The notes: generated by a model from the sequence alone, not told the origin. DNA of 64,000 bases from an uncultured bacterium (GCA_963721685.1 CAVRJJ010000005.1:39943-103942), one strand, 5' to 3'. Counted from the stretch's first letter, positions 47,478 through 57,683 are shown. Program-made: numbers and translations.

Positions 47478-48232
47478 AACCGCTCCCGGTTGCCCCGGGC
47501 ACCATAAACGGCAGAATCGGCATAAGCTTGAATGATAAACTGGTCAGCCAAGGAAATTTCCAGTTTGGCTAAAATCTGACCTCGAATCTTTTCATCTTTA
47601 ATCACCCCTTTATAGCGGTCGGCGATTGGCTTGTCGGCTTCAAATTGCGGTTTCGCCATGGCAATAATCTGGCCGCCCGGCTTAAGGAGGTTTGCCACTT
47701 TGGGCAAGATTTTAGTGAGTGAAATAAAAGAAACGTCAATTACCGCCATATCCGGTTTCGGATCAAGATCGGCGCTGCTGATACTCCGAATATCTGTCTT
47801 TTCCCTTACAGCCACGCGCAAATCCTGGCGAAGTTTATAAGCCAGTTGGGCGGTACCCACATCAACCGCGTAAACTTTCACGGCTCCGTTTTGCAACGCG
47901 TAGTCGGTGAAGCCACCGGTGGAAGCACCCACATCTAAAACAACCTTATTTTTAAAACTAAGTGCAAGCGCGTCGGCTACCGAAGCAAGCTTGTCCCCGC
48001 CCCGGGAGACAAAACGCGGGCGAGCCATTACCTTAATATCGGCGTCGGTTTCAATAAGGAAGCCAGGCTTAACCAGCTTGGTGGTGCCAAGCATAACCTC
48101 ACCTGCCATAATCATTGCCTGGGCCGTAGTTCGCGTCGGCGCTAGTTTCCGATCAACAAGCAACAGGTCCAGGCGCTGTTTACTACGAAGGCTATTTTTG
48201 GCGCTCAAGATATTTGCCATCGCGGGTATCAA
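47429..48232 (-). CDS. tlyA: TlyA-family rRNA methyltransferase
   Basis: RLD S4 domain, FVSRGGDKL, LDVGASTGGFTD, DVSFISL, KPQFE. Confidence 0.95.
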   Translation of the reverse strand: MIPAMANILSAKNSLRSKQRLDLLLVDRKLAPTRTTAQAMIMAGEVMLGTTKLVKPGFLIETDADIKVMARPRFVSRGGDKLASVADALALSFKNKVVLDVGASTGGFTDYALQNGAVKVYAVDVGTAQLAYKLRQDLRVAVREKTDIRSISSADLDPKPDMAVIDVSFISLTKILPKVANLLKPGGQIIAMAKPQFEADKPIADRYKGVIKDEKIRGQILAKLEISLADQFIIQAYADSAVYGARGNRERFYVLTLNSTTSSGFIT

Positions 48233-48755
48233 CTTTTATGACATCCCCTTCGTTCACAAACAACGGCACCATAACCTCCAGGCCGGTTTCCAGGGTGGCT
48301 GGCTTTAAAGCGGTGGTGGCGGTATCGCCCTTCACCCCCGGCTCGGTAGCGGTAACTTGCAAGAAAACATTATTGCCAATATCTACGCCAATCGGCCGGT
48401 CGCCAAAGAACATGACAATCGCGGTACCTCCCTCTTTTAAGTACGAGGCACCATCGCCCAGAAGAGCGCGGTCAATCTGTTCCTGCTCGTAAGTTTCCTG
48501 GTTCATAAAATGTAAACTATCGGCATCCGCGTATAAAAACTGCATGGTGCGCTTGATAATATCGGCGGCCGGTAACTTATCTGCCGAACGGAAGGATTTA
48601 TCAAAACTGGCACCGGTAATTAAATTTTTTAGCTTGGTGCGCATAACGGCACCACCCCGGCCAAGCGCCAAATGGGACGAATCAATAACCTGGTGCGGCA
48701 CCCCATCAAGCTCAATAAGTACCCCTTTGCGTAATTCGGTATGTCCGTAAAGCAT
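48192..48755 (-). CDS. efp: Elongation factor P
   Basis: GRGGA loop, PGVKGDT, KPATLETG, VPLFV. Confidence 0.97.
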   Translation of the reverse strand: MLYGHTELRKGVLIELDGVPHQVIDSSHLALGRGGAVMRTKLKNLITGASFDKSFRSADKLPAADIIKRTMQFLYADADSLHFMNQETYEQEQIDRALLGDGASYLKEGGTAIVMFFGDRPIGVDIGNNVFLQVTATEPGVKGDTATTALKPATLETGLEVMVPLFVNEGDVIKVDTRDGKYLERQK

Positions 48756-48768
48756 AGCCTGGCCTACC

Positions 48769-48987
48769 TTATCGGACAACAAACGGCAAAAAAGCCAGAT
48801 GGCGGGCGCGCTTTAAAGCGATTGCTACACGCCGCTGGTGCTTTAGGCAGGTCCCGGTGCGCTTACGAGATTCGATCTTACCGTAGCTATTAATGTAACG
48901 CTGCAGTAATTTAACATCTTTATAGTCTACGTCGTCGAGCTTCTCAGCGCAGAAACGACAGACCTTTTTACTGTAAAAATTGGCCAT
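48769..48987 (-). CDS. rpsR: 30S ribosomal protein S18
   Basis: CRFC..DYKD..GKI..RTG.C..HQR. Confidence 0.98.
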   Translation of the reverse strand: MANFYSKKVCRFCAEKLDDVDYKDVKLLQRYINSYGKIESRKRTGTCLKHQRRVAIALKRARHLAFLPFVVR

Positions 48988-49001
48988 GGGGGTTCCTTAG
49001 T

Positions 49002-49469
49002 TTAAAACGGTATTTCATCTAAATTAACAGGGGCGTCGTCTTTTAAGTCTTCTATAACAACGTCTTTTTTCTTCGAATCAGGCTTGGTAGTTGATTCGCT
49101 AGAAACATCGGATGTACTGTCCCCACCGCCGGCTTCACCGGGACGGTCGAGGAAGTTAATATCGCTGGCAACAATTTCGGTGCGTTGCCGTTTAACGCCG
49201 TCTTTTTCCCAGCTTTGGGTCTGTAGCCGCCCAACCACCATTACTTTGCGCCCCTTAGCCAAATACTGGCTGGCAAGCTCACCAAGCTTACCCCAAGCCA
49301 CAATTTCGTGATATTCTACCGCCTCTTTGCGCTCACCCGAGCCATCAACCCAACTTCGGTTGGTAGCCACTGCAAAAGAGGCGACCGGCTGGCCACCGGG
49401 AGTGGTCCGCAGCTCCGGGTCACGGGTAAGGTTGCCCATTACGATTGCTTGATTAAAACTTTTTGCCAT
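49002..49469 (-). CDS. ssb: Single-stranded DNA-binding protein
   Basis: GNLTRDPELR, C-terminal DEIPF. Confidence 0.98.
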   Translation of the reverse strand: MAKSFNQAIVMGNLTRDPELRTTPGGQPVASFAVATNRSWVDGSGERKEAVEYHEIVAWGKLGELASQYLAKGRKVMVVGRLQTQSWEKDGVKRQRTEIVASDINFLDRPGEAGGGDSTSDVSSESTTKPDSKKKDVVIEDLKDDAPVNLDEIPF

Positions 49470-49472
49470 TTC

Positions 49473-49838
49473 CTACTCCTTACTCGCGGCAACTGCCGGT
49501 TTAACTTCTTCGGTAGAGCGGGGTTTCTTAGGCTGATTCTCCGGATTACGCTGGAGCACCAGTTTGCGCACCACTAAGAAACGAATAACTTCTTCTACAA
49601 TTAACAGCTGCGTCTCCACTTCGCGCACCGCCTCAGCGGGCAACTCCAGCTCGAAGTAAATGTAAATGCCGTACAGCTGCTTTTTAACCGGATAGGCCAA
49701 TCGGCGTTTACCCCAGTTATCGCGCTTAGTAATTTTGCCGTTCACGCCACTAACCAACCGCTCCAGTTTGGCTATGGGCGCGTCAACGTCAATTTCGAGG
49801 TCGGGGTGTAAAACCACCACCAGCTCGTAAGGTCTCAT
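49473..49838 (-). CDS. rpsF: 30S ribosomal protein S6
   Basis: MRPYEL, WGKRRLAYPV. Confidence 0.97.
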   Translation of the reverse strand: MRPYELVVVLHPDLEIDVDAPIAKLERLVSGVNGKITKRDNWGKRRLAYPVKKQLYGIYIYFELELPAEAVREVETQLLIVEEVIRFLVVRKLVLQRNPENQPKKPRSTEEVKPAVAASKE

Positions 49839-49920
49839 AATGCTCCTTCCTCTGGTATCCGAGTATCGGATGCCGTTCAGCCTGTACTAAAGAAATACAT
49901 AAGCCAAAGGGCAAAAAGGT
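49839..49920 (-). promoter_or_regulatory. Structured rpsF leader (possible S6:S18 autoregulatory RNA)
   Basis: CCTTTGG/CCAGAGG pairing next to the AAGGAG RBS plus an internal hairpin. Confidence 0.35.
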
Positions 49921-49990
49921 TACTTAATTTGACACTTATAATACTACAGAATACTTATTAAATCAAGATTAAATAAGATACAATTGGTTT

Positions 49991-50530
49991 ATGTATATAT
50001 TGGCTAACCAGATTACAGACTTGCCGGTGATGAGCTTGCAAACCGGACAGCCCATTGCCGTAATTGAACGGCCCGTAATTAACGCGGCGAACCTGGAAGT
50101 TAAAGCCCTTTTGTGCAAAATGAAGCGGCGTAAGCAAGGAGTAATATTAATGCGCGATGTTCGCCAGTTTGCTAACGACTGCATTATTGTTGATTCCTTT
50201 GACGAAATTGAAGAGGCTGAGGAAATTGTCAGGCTGCAGGAGGTTATGAAACGCAACTTCAACCCCATCGACAAACTAGTGGTCAGCGAGTCGAACCACC
50301 GGCTTGGAAGGGTTGAAGACTACACCATTAATCTCAAAACATTTATGGTTCAAAAATTGTATGTTCACCAGTCGCTTGTAAAAAGTATCTTATTTAACAA
50401 TTTAGTAATCGACCGCACCCAGATCATCGACGTCACCGATAGGCAGTTTACCGTTAAGGACGCCGGCATAAAAGAGCCAATCTTAACACCGCAACCAGCC
50501 ACTCCCCCACCAAAATACCCAATTAATTAG
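49991..50530 (+). CDS. Tandem PRC-barrel protein
   Basis: LPVMSLQTG..., second barrel VVSESNHRLGRVEDY. Confidence 0.7.
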   Translation: MYILANQITDLPVMSLQTGQPIAVIERPVINAANLEVKALLCKMKRRKQGVILMRDVRQFANDCIIVDSFDEIEEAEEIVRLQEVMKRNFNPIDKLVVSESNHRLGRVEDYTINLKTFMVQKLYVHQSLVKSILFNNLVIDRTQIIDVTDRQFTVKDAGIKEPILTPQPATPPPKYPIN

Positions 50531-50584
50531 CATTGCCGTTTTAAAACGCTTGCGCTACAGTAGGAAGGGTAAGTTGAGGGAAGT

Positions 50585-50656
50585 GTGATCATTACTATCA
50601 TTTTGTGGGTTCTGGCATTTGGCCTTGCATACCGGGTATTAGCAGCCGCTAAATAG
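50585..50656 (+). CDS. Putative 23-aa hydrophobic small protein
   Basis: GAGGG RBS-like site, GTG start, MIITIILWVLAFGLAYRVLAAAK. Confidence 0.3.
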   Translation: MIITIILWVLAFGLAYRVLAAAK

Positions 50657-50661
50657 TTATC

Positions 50662-51267
50662 TTACTCATCAAATTTAATTGCTCTGCGGATTGCATCCGC
50701 GGAATATCCTTTAGCAGATAAATAGTGCTGCAGCTTACGTTCATTAGAATATCGGTGGCGTAATTTTTTTTGGGTGATCAAGTCGGTAATGGCTTCAACT
50801 TCATATTCAGCTGTGTAAGCTGCTAGCGCCTCTTCAATTGCCTCTGAGTTAATTCCTTTCCGGCGAAGCTCAATTTTCAATTCCATGCGGCTCCTTGGAT
50901 TAAGCAGCTGGCGCTCGGAGATCCATTCCTCTGCAAACCGGACATCATCCAGCAAATTTTGAGCTTTTAGTTGCCCAATAGCCTCATCAACCATCGTCGG
51001 ATCGTAGTTCTTGCCCCGCAAATGGATGGCAACTTCCCGCTGGCTCCGTGACCGGTACGAGAGAAATCGATATGCTTTATCCAGCGCCTTGCCTAGCTCA
51101 GACTGCCGGATAAATTCGTCCATTTGTTCCTGGCCTACCTCGTCACCCGAACGCAGGCCCGAGTCGCTAAGCTGGCCCTCCGACAAAGAAAACCGGTATT
51201 CTCCATCTACAGAGATGGAGTACCGGTCTTTGCGGGTTTGCTGTTGAGATATACTGGTAATTTTCAC
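50662..51267 (-). CDS. recX: Regulatory protein RecX
   Basis: A.RFLSYR.RS..E, LLDD.RFA, ELRRKGI; directly after recA. Confidence 0.92.
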   Translation of the reverse strand: MKITSISQQQTRKDRYSISVDGEYRFSLSEGQLSDSGLRSGDEVGQEQMDEFIRQSELGKALDKAYRFLSYRSRSQREVAIHLRGKNYDPTMVDEAIGQLKAQNLLDDVRFAEEWISERQLLNPRSRMELKIELRRKGINSEAIEEALAAYTAEYEVEAITDLITQKKLRHRYSNERKLQHYLSAKGYSADAIRRAIKFDE

Positions 51268-51280
51268 TTACGGCAAGGCC

Positions 51281-52327
51281 TTAAGCCGCGGCAATACGAA
51301 TTGCCGCCTCAAGCTCTTTTATTACCTTGTCGTGCTCATCAAGATAGGCTTTGGCGGCTTCGCGTCCCTGACCCATTTTTTCTCCTTTATATTCATACCA
51401 GGCGCCGCTCTTTTTCACCAAATCAAATTTGACCGCCAATTCCAGCATGTCGCCCGATGCGGAAATGCCTTGGTTATACATAATGTCGAACTCAGCGGTG
51501 CGGAATGGTGGAGCTACTTTATTTTTCACAACTTTCACACGAACCTTGTTGCCCATTACCCGGTCGCCTTCCTTAATTTGTTCAGACCGGCGGATATCCA
51601 GACGCACCGAGGAGTAATACTTCAAAGCTTGGCCGCCGGCGGTGGTTTCAGGATTGCCAAACATCACGCCAATCTTCATACGAAGCTGGTTAATGAATAT
51701 AACGGTGGTATTGGATTTGCTGATAACACCGGTTAGCTTGCGGAGGGCTTGGCTCATTAGCCGCGCCTGCATGCCCATTTGGGCATCTCCCATGCTGCCT
51801 TCAATTTCGGCTCGTGGCACCAAAGCGGCGACTGAGTCAACAATTACAATATCTACCGCGCTGGAACGCACCAGGGTTTCGGTAATTTCCAGGGCCTGCT
51901 CACCGGTATCCGGCTGAGAAACCAGTAAATCATTAATCTTTACGCCAATCTTAGCGGCGTATTCAGGGTCGAGCGCGTGTTCCGCGTCGATGTAGGCGGC
52001 TAAGCCGCCGCTTTTCTGGACTTGGGCCACGGCGTGGAGAGCGAGAGTAGTTTTACCGCTTGATTCCGGCCCATAGATCTCAATGACCCGTCCTTGGGGG
52101 TAGCCCCCGCCTAGAGCGAGGTCAAGCGACATACTGCCGCTGGGAATAGTCTTAATATCAACCTTATGAGAGTCCCCCAGCTTCATAATTGAACCGCTAC
52201 CAAACTGCTTTTCAATTTGGCTAACCGCTAAGTCAACGGCCTTTACTCGCGCGCTTTTTTCATCTTTATTCACGTCTTGGTCCGCCCCCTGTTTTTTGGT
52301 TGCTTTGGTGATAACTGCTTCGGTCAT
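51281..52327 (-). CDS. recA: Recombinase A
   Basis: [27 protein letters not shown]. Confidence 0.99.
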   Translation of the reverse strand: MTEAVITKATKKQGADQDVNKDEKSARVKAVDLAVSQIEKQFGSGSIMKLGDSHKVDIKTIPSGSMSLDLALGGGYPQGRVIEIYGPESSGKTTLALHAVAQVQKSGGLAAYIDAEHALDPEYAAKIGVKINDLLVSQPDTGEQALEITETLVRSSAVDIVIVDSVAALVPRAEIEGSMGDAQMGMQARLMSQALRKLTGVISKSNTTVIFINQLRMKIGVMFGNPETTAGGQALKYYSSVRLDIRRSEQIKEGDRVMGNKVRVKVVKNKVAPPFRTAEFDIMYNQGISASGDMLELAVKFDLVKKSGAWYEYKGEKMGQGREAAKAYLDEHDKVIKELEAAIRIAAA

Positions 52328-52486
52328 TGTATCATGTCCCTCGGTTTAGCTTGTGTTGTGAGAGCTACTATAGCGATAAGTTATGAACTAATTCTTAACT
52401 GGCTTTTGGTAGCTTCCTTATATGGTGTTTTAAGCATAACCGAACAAAAAGCGAACGTCAAGTAAAAAGTCTTTATCTTCTAATAA

Positions 52487-52956
52487 CTACATACTACTTT
52501 GCTCCCCAATGCTCTGTTCAACCTCTCTGATCCACTCGGTAAGATCAACCATATTTTTTTCTATCACTTCAGCCATCGCGCTTATAACAATGTCTTTATC
52601 TTCAGGCGGACTTGTTGCAACGGTTATAGCCACCTTAAATAAATTTTCTGGAAATGTTTTTATCGCCAAATTGTTCTTAGCCATGTAGTACAGTAAAGCG
52701 GAAATAGCTATCCGCTTGTTGCCGTTTTCAAAAGGGTGGCTTTTGTCATGAAATAGAAAAGCGCAGATGCCTTCTCGGGTAAGGAAGGGTAGGATTCATG
52801 CCCTTCGAAACCTTGGAATGGAGCCGAAATTGCACTTGCTAATCGACCCGCATACCTAGAATCGAATGGCGGAATTGGCTCGTCTATTGAACTCATTAGC
52901 TCCCGGGCGACAGAATGGACCGCATCGCGGATTTCATCAACCGTAAGCGGTGGCAC
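52487..52956 (-). pseudogene. Doc/Fic-family toxin, frameshifted near 52742
   Basis: Adding one base at ACAAAAGCCAC restores HPFENGNKR and joins ORFs 52708-52956 and 52487-52684. Confidence 0.85.
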
Positions 52957-52958
52957 GT

Positions 52959-53183
52959 TTATTCCCTGCCGAGAGCAGCAAGCGTTTCGCCGTATTCATG
53001 CACTACGGCTTTAGCCCATCTATCTTTATCAACCTCCACAGGTTGGATTTTAAGTTGGCTTTTTGGCGTAGCAGGGCGACCCAGCAGGGATTCAAAATCT
53101 TGTCGTGCATCCTTGCGATCACCATTAGTTATATGTTTTTTAAATTTATCCATTAAAGGTTCATCTCCTTTAGACGTAGGCAT
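52959..53183 (-). CDS. Probable antitoxin of the Doc toxin
   Basis: 74 aa, directly upstream of doc; C-terminal helix EYGETLAALGRE resembles Doc-neutralising peptides. Confidence 0.6.
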   Translation of the reverse strand: MPTSKGDEPLMDKFKKHITNGDRKDARQDFESLLGRPATPKSQLKIQPVEVDKDRWAKAVVHEYGETLAALGRE

Positions 53184-53212
53184 TTTGTATACATTCTATA
53201 TGCATATTGTAA

Positions 53213-53232
53213 CATCATGACATGTCATGATG
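53213..53232. promoter_or_regulatory. Perfect 20-bp palindrome CATCATGACATGTCATGATG (candidate operator)
   Basis: Adjacent to an extended -10 (TGTTACAAT, minus strand) upstream of the antitoxin. Confidence 0.6.
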
Positions 53233-53294
53233 ACATATCGCGGTGCTATATTTTTATTGCTGCCTGTCTTGACATTACAATCGCCAGTAAAAAG

Positions 53295-53792
53295 TTAGCG
53301 AAAGTTGCGGAAATCTAGGGGAAACTCTAAATCCTGAGCTTTCAAATGAGCCATGATGCCCTGTAAGTCATCCTTTGAGGTACTCGAAACCCGGACTTCT
53401 TCCCCTTGTATCTGGGCTTTGGCCTTGGGAAAAGCTTCTCTTATAAGCTTGGTTAGCTTTTTAGCCTTCTCCTGGTCCAGCCCTTTCTTAAAGGGGACAT
53501 TACGGCGCATAATCATCCCGGACTCAACCGGTTCGCCGGTTAGATCAAGCACCTTGGCGGAAATGCCGCGCTTAATTAACTTCCCCTGCAACATATCAAT
53601 AATTGCGTCGATTTGGTTACGGCTGTCCCCTTCCAACTGCACGCCGGTCTTGCCATCAGTAAACTCCAGCTTGGCGGCGGTTCCCTTAAAGTCATAGCGC
53701 TGGGAAAGCTCGCGCTGGGCCTGGTCGACGGCGTTGGTCATTTCGCCAGGATCAAAATCGCTGACAACATCAAATGAAAAGTCTTTAGCCAT
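53295..53792 (-). CDS. yajQ: YajQ-family nucleotide-binding protein
   Basis: SFDVVS, NAVDQ, RYDFKG, QIQG, KDDLQ, NFR. Confidence 0.95.
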   Translation of the reverse strand: MAKDFSFDVVSDFDPGEMTNAVDQAQRELSQRYDFKGTAAKLEFTDGKTGVQLEGDSRNQIDAIIDMLQGKLIKRGISAKVLDLTGEPVESGMIMRRNVPFKKGLDQEKAKKLTKLIREAFPKAKAQIQGEEVRVSSTSKDDLQGIMAHLKAQDLEFPLDFRNFR

Positions 53793-53836
53793 GAAGCTAG
53801 TATAACAAAATGCACTTTCATAATTGCTGTGCTTTC

Positions 53837-53866
53837 AGGGGAACGGGCTGGTTAGCCCGTTCCCCT
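53837..53866. terminator. Perfect 13-bp hairpin downstream of the orphan gene
   Basis: AGGGGAACGGGCT-GGTT-AGCCCGTTCCCCT. Confidence 0.65.
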
Positions 53867-53917
53867 AACCGCGAACGTCTTGTCTGTCACGTGGACACCG
53901 AACCCCGTGTTACCCGC

Positions 53918-54217
53918 TTACTTGGAGCAGGGAAAGAGGTTGACCAGGGGCCAGGTTTCCGGTGAACCAAACTGATCAGACACTTCCGGCATATCGGAGG
54001 AAAACGGATCAAGCTCGCGCCGCTCATCCCCCCTACGAAAAACGATCATCCAGCAGTTCTGTCCTTCGATGGAGAACACCAGCGAAGCGGTCCAGCCGTT
54101 CGCTAGATCCACCCCCTCGCTCTCCCAGTCCTCGAGTGGCTGTCCCTCGGGGCACCCGGGATCTGATTGCCAGAGATGCTCCAGCGTGATGAAGCCTGTC
54201 CGTGTTGCGCACATCAT
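53918..54217 (-). CDS. Hypothetical acidic protein (orphan, 99 aa)
   Basis: AAGGAG RBS, GC-rich codons. Confidence 0.6.
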   Translation of the reverse strand: MMCATRTGFITLEHLWQSDPGCPEGQPLEDWESEGVDLANGWTASLVFSIEGQNCWMIVFRRGDERRELDPFSSDMPEVSDQFGSPETWPLVNLFPCSK

Positions 54218-54282
54218 TTTTTCGTCTCCTTGCGATGCTCGTGAAGGGAACGTTCGTGGTGCTCGAAGCGAGTAGTTGAAAC

Positions 54283-54309
54283 AAAAAACCCGCCCCGAGG
54301 GCAGGTTTT
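54283..54309 (-). terminator. Intrinsic terminator/attenuator upstream of the orphan gene
   Basis: AAAACCTGCCC-TCG-GGGCGGGTTTTTT on the minus strand. Confidence 0.75.
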
Positions 54310-54329
54310 AGAATTTGGTGCGCTAAAAA

Positions 54330-54392
54330 CTATCCTCGAGAAAGGTTTGGAGGGTAAAAGAAGCGCCAGTTAACAAGTTGAATTGATTGCAT
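54330..54392 (-). CDS. Putative leader peptide MQSIQLVNWRFFYPPNLSRG
   Basis: 20-codon ORF ending ~20 nt before the terminator; TTGACC-N18-TAAACT upstream. Confidence 0.35.
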   Translation of the reverse strand: MQSIQLVNWRFFYPPNLSRG

Positions 54393-54460
54393 TATAAAAA
54401 GCAGTTTAGCTCAACAGGTGTTTAATGGTCAAGCTTCACGGCGTGACATGCGAGCTTATA

Positions 54461-55435
54461 TTATTGAAACTGAGTGTCTTTATCGAACTGAAACCCTTGT
54501 TTGGCCTGACCTTTTTCCCCCACGACTCCCAGGTCTGTTCCGGCCGCAACAGCGTTGGTAACGCTTAAACTAGTAGCACCCGCGTCGCTGGTAGAGATAA
54601 TAATGGTATTTGCCCCCTTAAAAGTCTGAATGGTACTGGGCAACATAATACCGCTGAAGGCTTTCTTCCCATCAACCTCCACCGTTACCGTTGTAGCGGT
54701 GTTTTGAATATGTACCCTTACCGCCACGCCGTCAAAAGGCGCGGCGGGCAAGCTACTCGCCGCGTCGGTTTTGGGGACATGGGCTAGAATATTACGGGTA
54801 ATAGTTGATGTTTTACCCAGCCGGTTTTTGGCACTCACTTTGATGATATTTACACCATCCTGAAGCGCAATTACATTGGTGAAGTCGCCCTCCCCATCAA
54901 CCAAAATAGGTGAATCATTCACATACGCGTCCGCTCCCCCGGCAATGTTGCCCGCCACCGTCAGAAGACTGCCATTTACCACCTCGTCCTTGGCGGGACT
55001 GGTAACCACCAAGCGGGGCGGGGCGGTTAAAGCGCTTAATTGATAGGCTAAATAAGCCGCGGCCGACAATCCGATAACTGCGCTGACAAGCACCACCGCC
55101 AGACGGGGCGTAAGGACAAAGCGCGGCAGCTTGAAACCGCGGGGCACTTTGGCGGTAGGTTGCTGCTTACCCCTTTCAGCGCCATACTGGCGAATAATTT
55201 TTTCAGTATCGAGCCCTAAATAACGCGCGTACGCTTGAATAAAGCCGCGGGTATATACATTGTCCGGCAAGTTGCCGTAGTCGTTCGACTCGATTGCCAG
55301 TAAATATTTACCTCGGATCCGGGTAGCTTGCTCGGCATCTTTTAAGCTAAATTCCCGCTTAAGCCGCTGATTCTTTAGCAGTTGGCCGACACTTGAGGTA
55401 TTGTCTTTAGCCGATGGCTTAGGCCCTGAACTCAT
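54461..55435 (-). CDS. RodZ-like HTH membrane protein
   Basis: TRIRGKYLLAIE...YTRGFIQAYARYLGL HTH, TM segment, Ig-like domains. Confidence 0.85.
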   Translation of the reverse strand: MSSGPKPSAKDNTSSVGQLLKNQRLKREFSLKDAEQATRIRGKYLLAIESNDYGNLPDNVYTRGFIQAYARYLGLDTEKIIRQYGAERGKQQPTAKVPRGFKLPRFVLTPRLAVVLVSAVIGLSAAAYLAYQLSALTAPPRLVVTSPAKDEVVNGSLLTVAGNIAGGADAYVNDSPILVDGEGDFTNVIALQDGVNIIKVSAKNRLGKTSTITRNILAHVPKTDAASSLPAAPFDGVAVRVHIQNTATTVTVEVDGKKAFSGIMLPSTIQTFKGANTIIISTSDAGATSLSVTNAVAAGTDLGVVGEKGQAKQGFQFDKDTQFQ

Positions 55436-57545
55436 CGGAGCTCATTTCTTCACCGCCTGAATCATCTAAACTCGTAACCAATACCTGGCGGGGGCGAGCG
55501 CCATCGGCCGGACCAACCACGCCCCGCTCTTCAAGCAAATCGAGCAGGCGGGCGGCACGGGCATAGCCGACACGCAGGCGCCGCTGGAGCAAGGAAGCGG
55601 AAGCCTTACCGGAACGAATTACCGTTTCCGCGGCTTCGGTAAAAAGGTCGTCGTCGGCATCACCATAGTCGCCGCCTCCTCCACCACCGCCAACATTCAC
55701 CGGTTGAGCCAGAACCTCGTCGTTGTATTGCGGCTCCCGGGCACCGCGCAAATAATCGGTAACTTTCTTGGTTTCTACCTCTTCGGTAAACACACCCTGG
55801 ATACGCCTGGGCTTAGGCGTATCGGCACTGGCAAACATGAGATCACCACTTCCCAGCAACTTTTCTGCGCCGCCCATGTCCAGAATTGTTCTTGAGTCGA
55901 CGTTCGACGCCACCCTAAAGGCAATACGGGCCGGAATATTGGCCTTAATTAAACCGGTAATAACATTCACACTGGGCCGTTGGGTGGCCAATACCAAATG
56001 GATCCCGGCCGCGCGAGCCAGCTGGGCCAGCCGCACGATTAAAGCTTCCACGTCTGCAGCGGCTACCATCATAAGGTCAGCCATCTCATCGATGACAATA
56101 ACGATATAAGGCATGCTTTCTTCACCATGAGCGGCGTTGTATTCCAAAATATTACGCTTGCCAACCTCGGCGAAGCGCTTCAAGCGCCGCTCCATCTCGG
56201 CCACTGCCCACTTTAAGGCAGAAAGGGTTTTTTCGGCTTCCACAATGACCGGCGTTAAAAGATGCGGAATTTCATGGTAAAGGTTTAGTTCCACCCGCTT
56301 GGGATCAACCAATATCAACTTCAGTTGAGCCGGAGAGTTGCGGTACAGCAAAGACGAAAGCAAGCTATTGATCATAACTGACTTACCAGCGCCGGTAGCA
56401 CCAGCGATTAAAAGATGCGGCATGACTGCCAGGTCGGCCAAGGCCGGCTGGCCGGCCACGTCTTGGCCCAGCAAAAAGGTTAGGGGCGCTTTTGAGTTTT
56501 CAAACTCCGGTGTTTGCATGAGCTGGCGCAGCCGGACCTGGGCAATCTTTAGGTTGGGCAGCTCCACACCCACCGCGCTCTTGCCGGGAATGGGCGCTTC
56601 TACCCGGATCGCCGGCGCCGCCAAAGCCAAGGCCAGGTTGTGCTCTAAGCCGGTAATTTTAGTAAGCTTCACCCCGCTAGCCGGTTTTAAGGTGTATTGC
56701 GTAACGGTGGGGCCAACATTCACCTCACCCATTGCGACTTCAATACCAAAGCTGGAAAGAGTATTCTGGATAATTCCGGCATTTTCTTTAACGTTGCCGG
56801 CATCGGGTTTGGTGGTCGACTTGCTTAATAAATCAAGGGAGGGTGGAACCCAGTCGGGATCCTCAACACTGGTAAGGGCGGCCTCCGGCTCTTTCGGCGG
56901 CTTGTTGTCTCTGCGGCTTCCCACATTAAGCGCACCCTTAATTTCCAACTGATTTCCAATTGCCGCGGCCGGATCATTAATAGTAAGTTCTTCTTTGGGT
57001 TTGGGACGGCGGAACCGTCCGACCAAAGCGGCAATCAAATCACTTAGGCGGGCATTGGCGGCTACAATAATGAAAACTACCAGCAGGGCCGCTAATATAA
57101 CCGATGACGCTGTGACATTGAGGATTGCTAGGAACAGCTTGGCAATTCCCAGACCAACCAGGCCGCCCCCCACTCCCTCTTGAGCCAGTTCTGATGCTAC
57201 CAGCGGATCAATAGTAATGTGCATAAGACTGGCAACGGTAACGAGAAAGCCGGTAAACCCAATGTAATTATGGGCTTGAACCTCATACTTAGAAGGCTGA
57301 AAAATCATAAAGGCAAGCAGCAGAAAAAGCATTGGAATGAGATAGGCGCCAAAACCAAACAAGTAACGCAGCCCTTCGAACAGTGCCACCGCTAGCGAGC
57401 CGCCAAAATCAAACATCGCAAATACCAGGATAAAAGCCAATGCCACCAATAGCACAGCTATAATTTCGCGCGCCACCCCTTCGCTTAAATTCGGGCGGAA
57501 GCTGAGGAAAGGGACACGTCTTTTTTTGGATTTGCGGCGAGCCAT
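55419..57545 (-). CDS. ftsK: DNA translocase FtsK
   Basis: PHLLIAGATGAGKS, DEMADLM, ATQRPS, gamma domain LQRRLRVGYARAARL. Confidence 0.97.
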   Translation of the reverse strand: MARRKSKKRRVPFLSFRPNLSEGVAREIIAVLLVALAFILVFAMFDFGGSLAVALFEGLRYLFGFGAYLIPMLFLLLAFMIFQPSKYEVQAHNYIGFTGFLVTVASLMHITIDPLVASELAQEGVGGGLVGLGIAKLFLAILNVTASSVILAALLVVFIIVAANARLSDLIAALVGRFRRPKPKEELTINDPAAAIGNQLEIKGALNVGSRRDNKPPKEPEAALTSVEDPDWVPPSLDLLSKSTTKPDAGNVKENAGIIQNTLSSFGIEVAMGEVNVGPTVTQYTLKPASGVKLTKITGLEHNLALALAAPAIRVEAPIPGKSAVGVELPNLKIAQVRLRQLMQTPEFENSKAPLTFLLGQDVAGQPALADLAVMPHLLIAGATGAGKSVMINSLLSSLLYRNSPAQLKLILVDPKRVELNLYHEIPHLLTPVIVEAEKTLSALKWAVAEMERRLKRFAEVGKRNILEYNAAHGEESMPYIVIVIDEMADLMMVAAADVEALIVRLAQLARAAGIHLVLATQRPSVNVITGLIKANIPARIAFRVASNVDSRTILDMGGAEKLLGSGDLMFASADTPKPRRIQGVFTEEVETKKVTDYLRGAREPQYNDEVLAQPVNVGGGGGGGDYGDADDDLFTEAAETVIRSGKASASLLQRRLRVGYARAARLLDLLEERGVVGPADGARPRQVLVTSLDDSGGEEMSSDEFRA

Positions 57546-57606
57546 ATTGGCTTTATTATACCGCTTTTGCTACCTGAGGGCTAGATGGGCGATTGCAGGC
57601 TTACCG

Positions 57607-57674
57607 GGTAGAACTTTTCTGAGCATGGTCACCATGGCTTACGCCGGGTGACGACATGCCATAAAAGTTCTACC
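57607..57674. other. Long intergenic stem-loop between rnj and ftsK
   Basis: GGTAGAACTTTT/AAAAGTTCTACC arms plus inner GCATG-GTCACC/GGTGAC-CATGC stems. Confidence 0.65.
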
Positions 57675-57683
57675 ACGGCGTGC

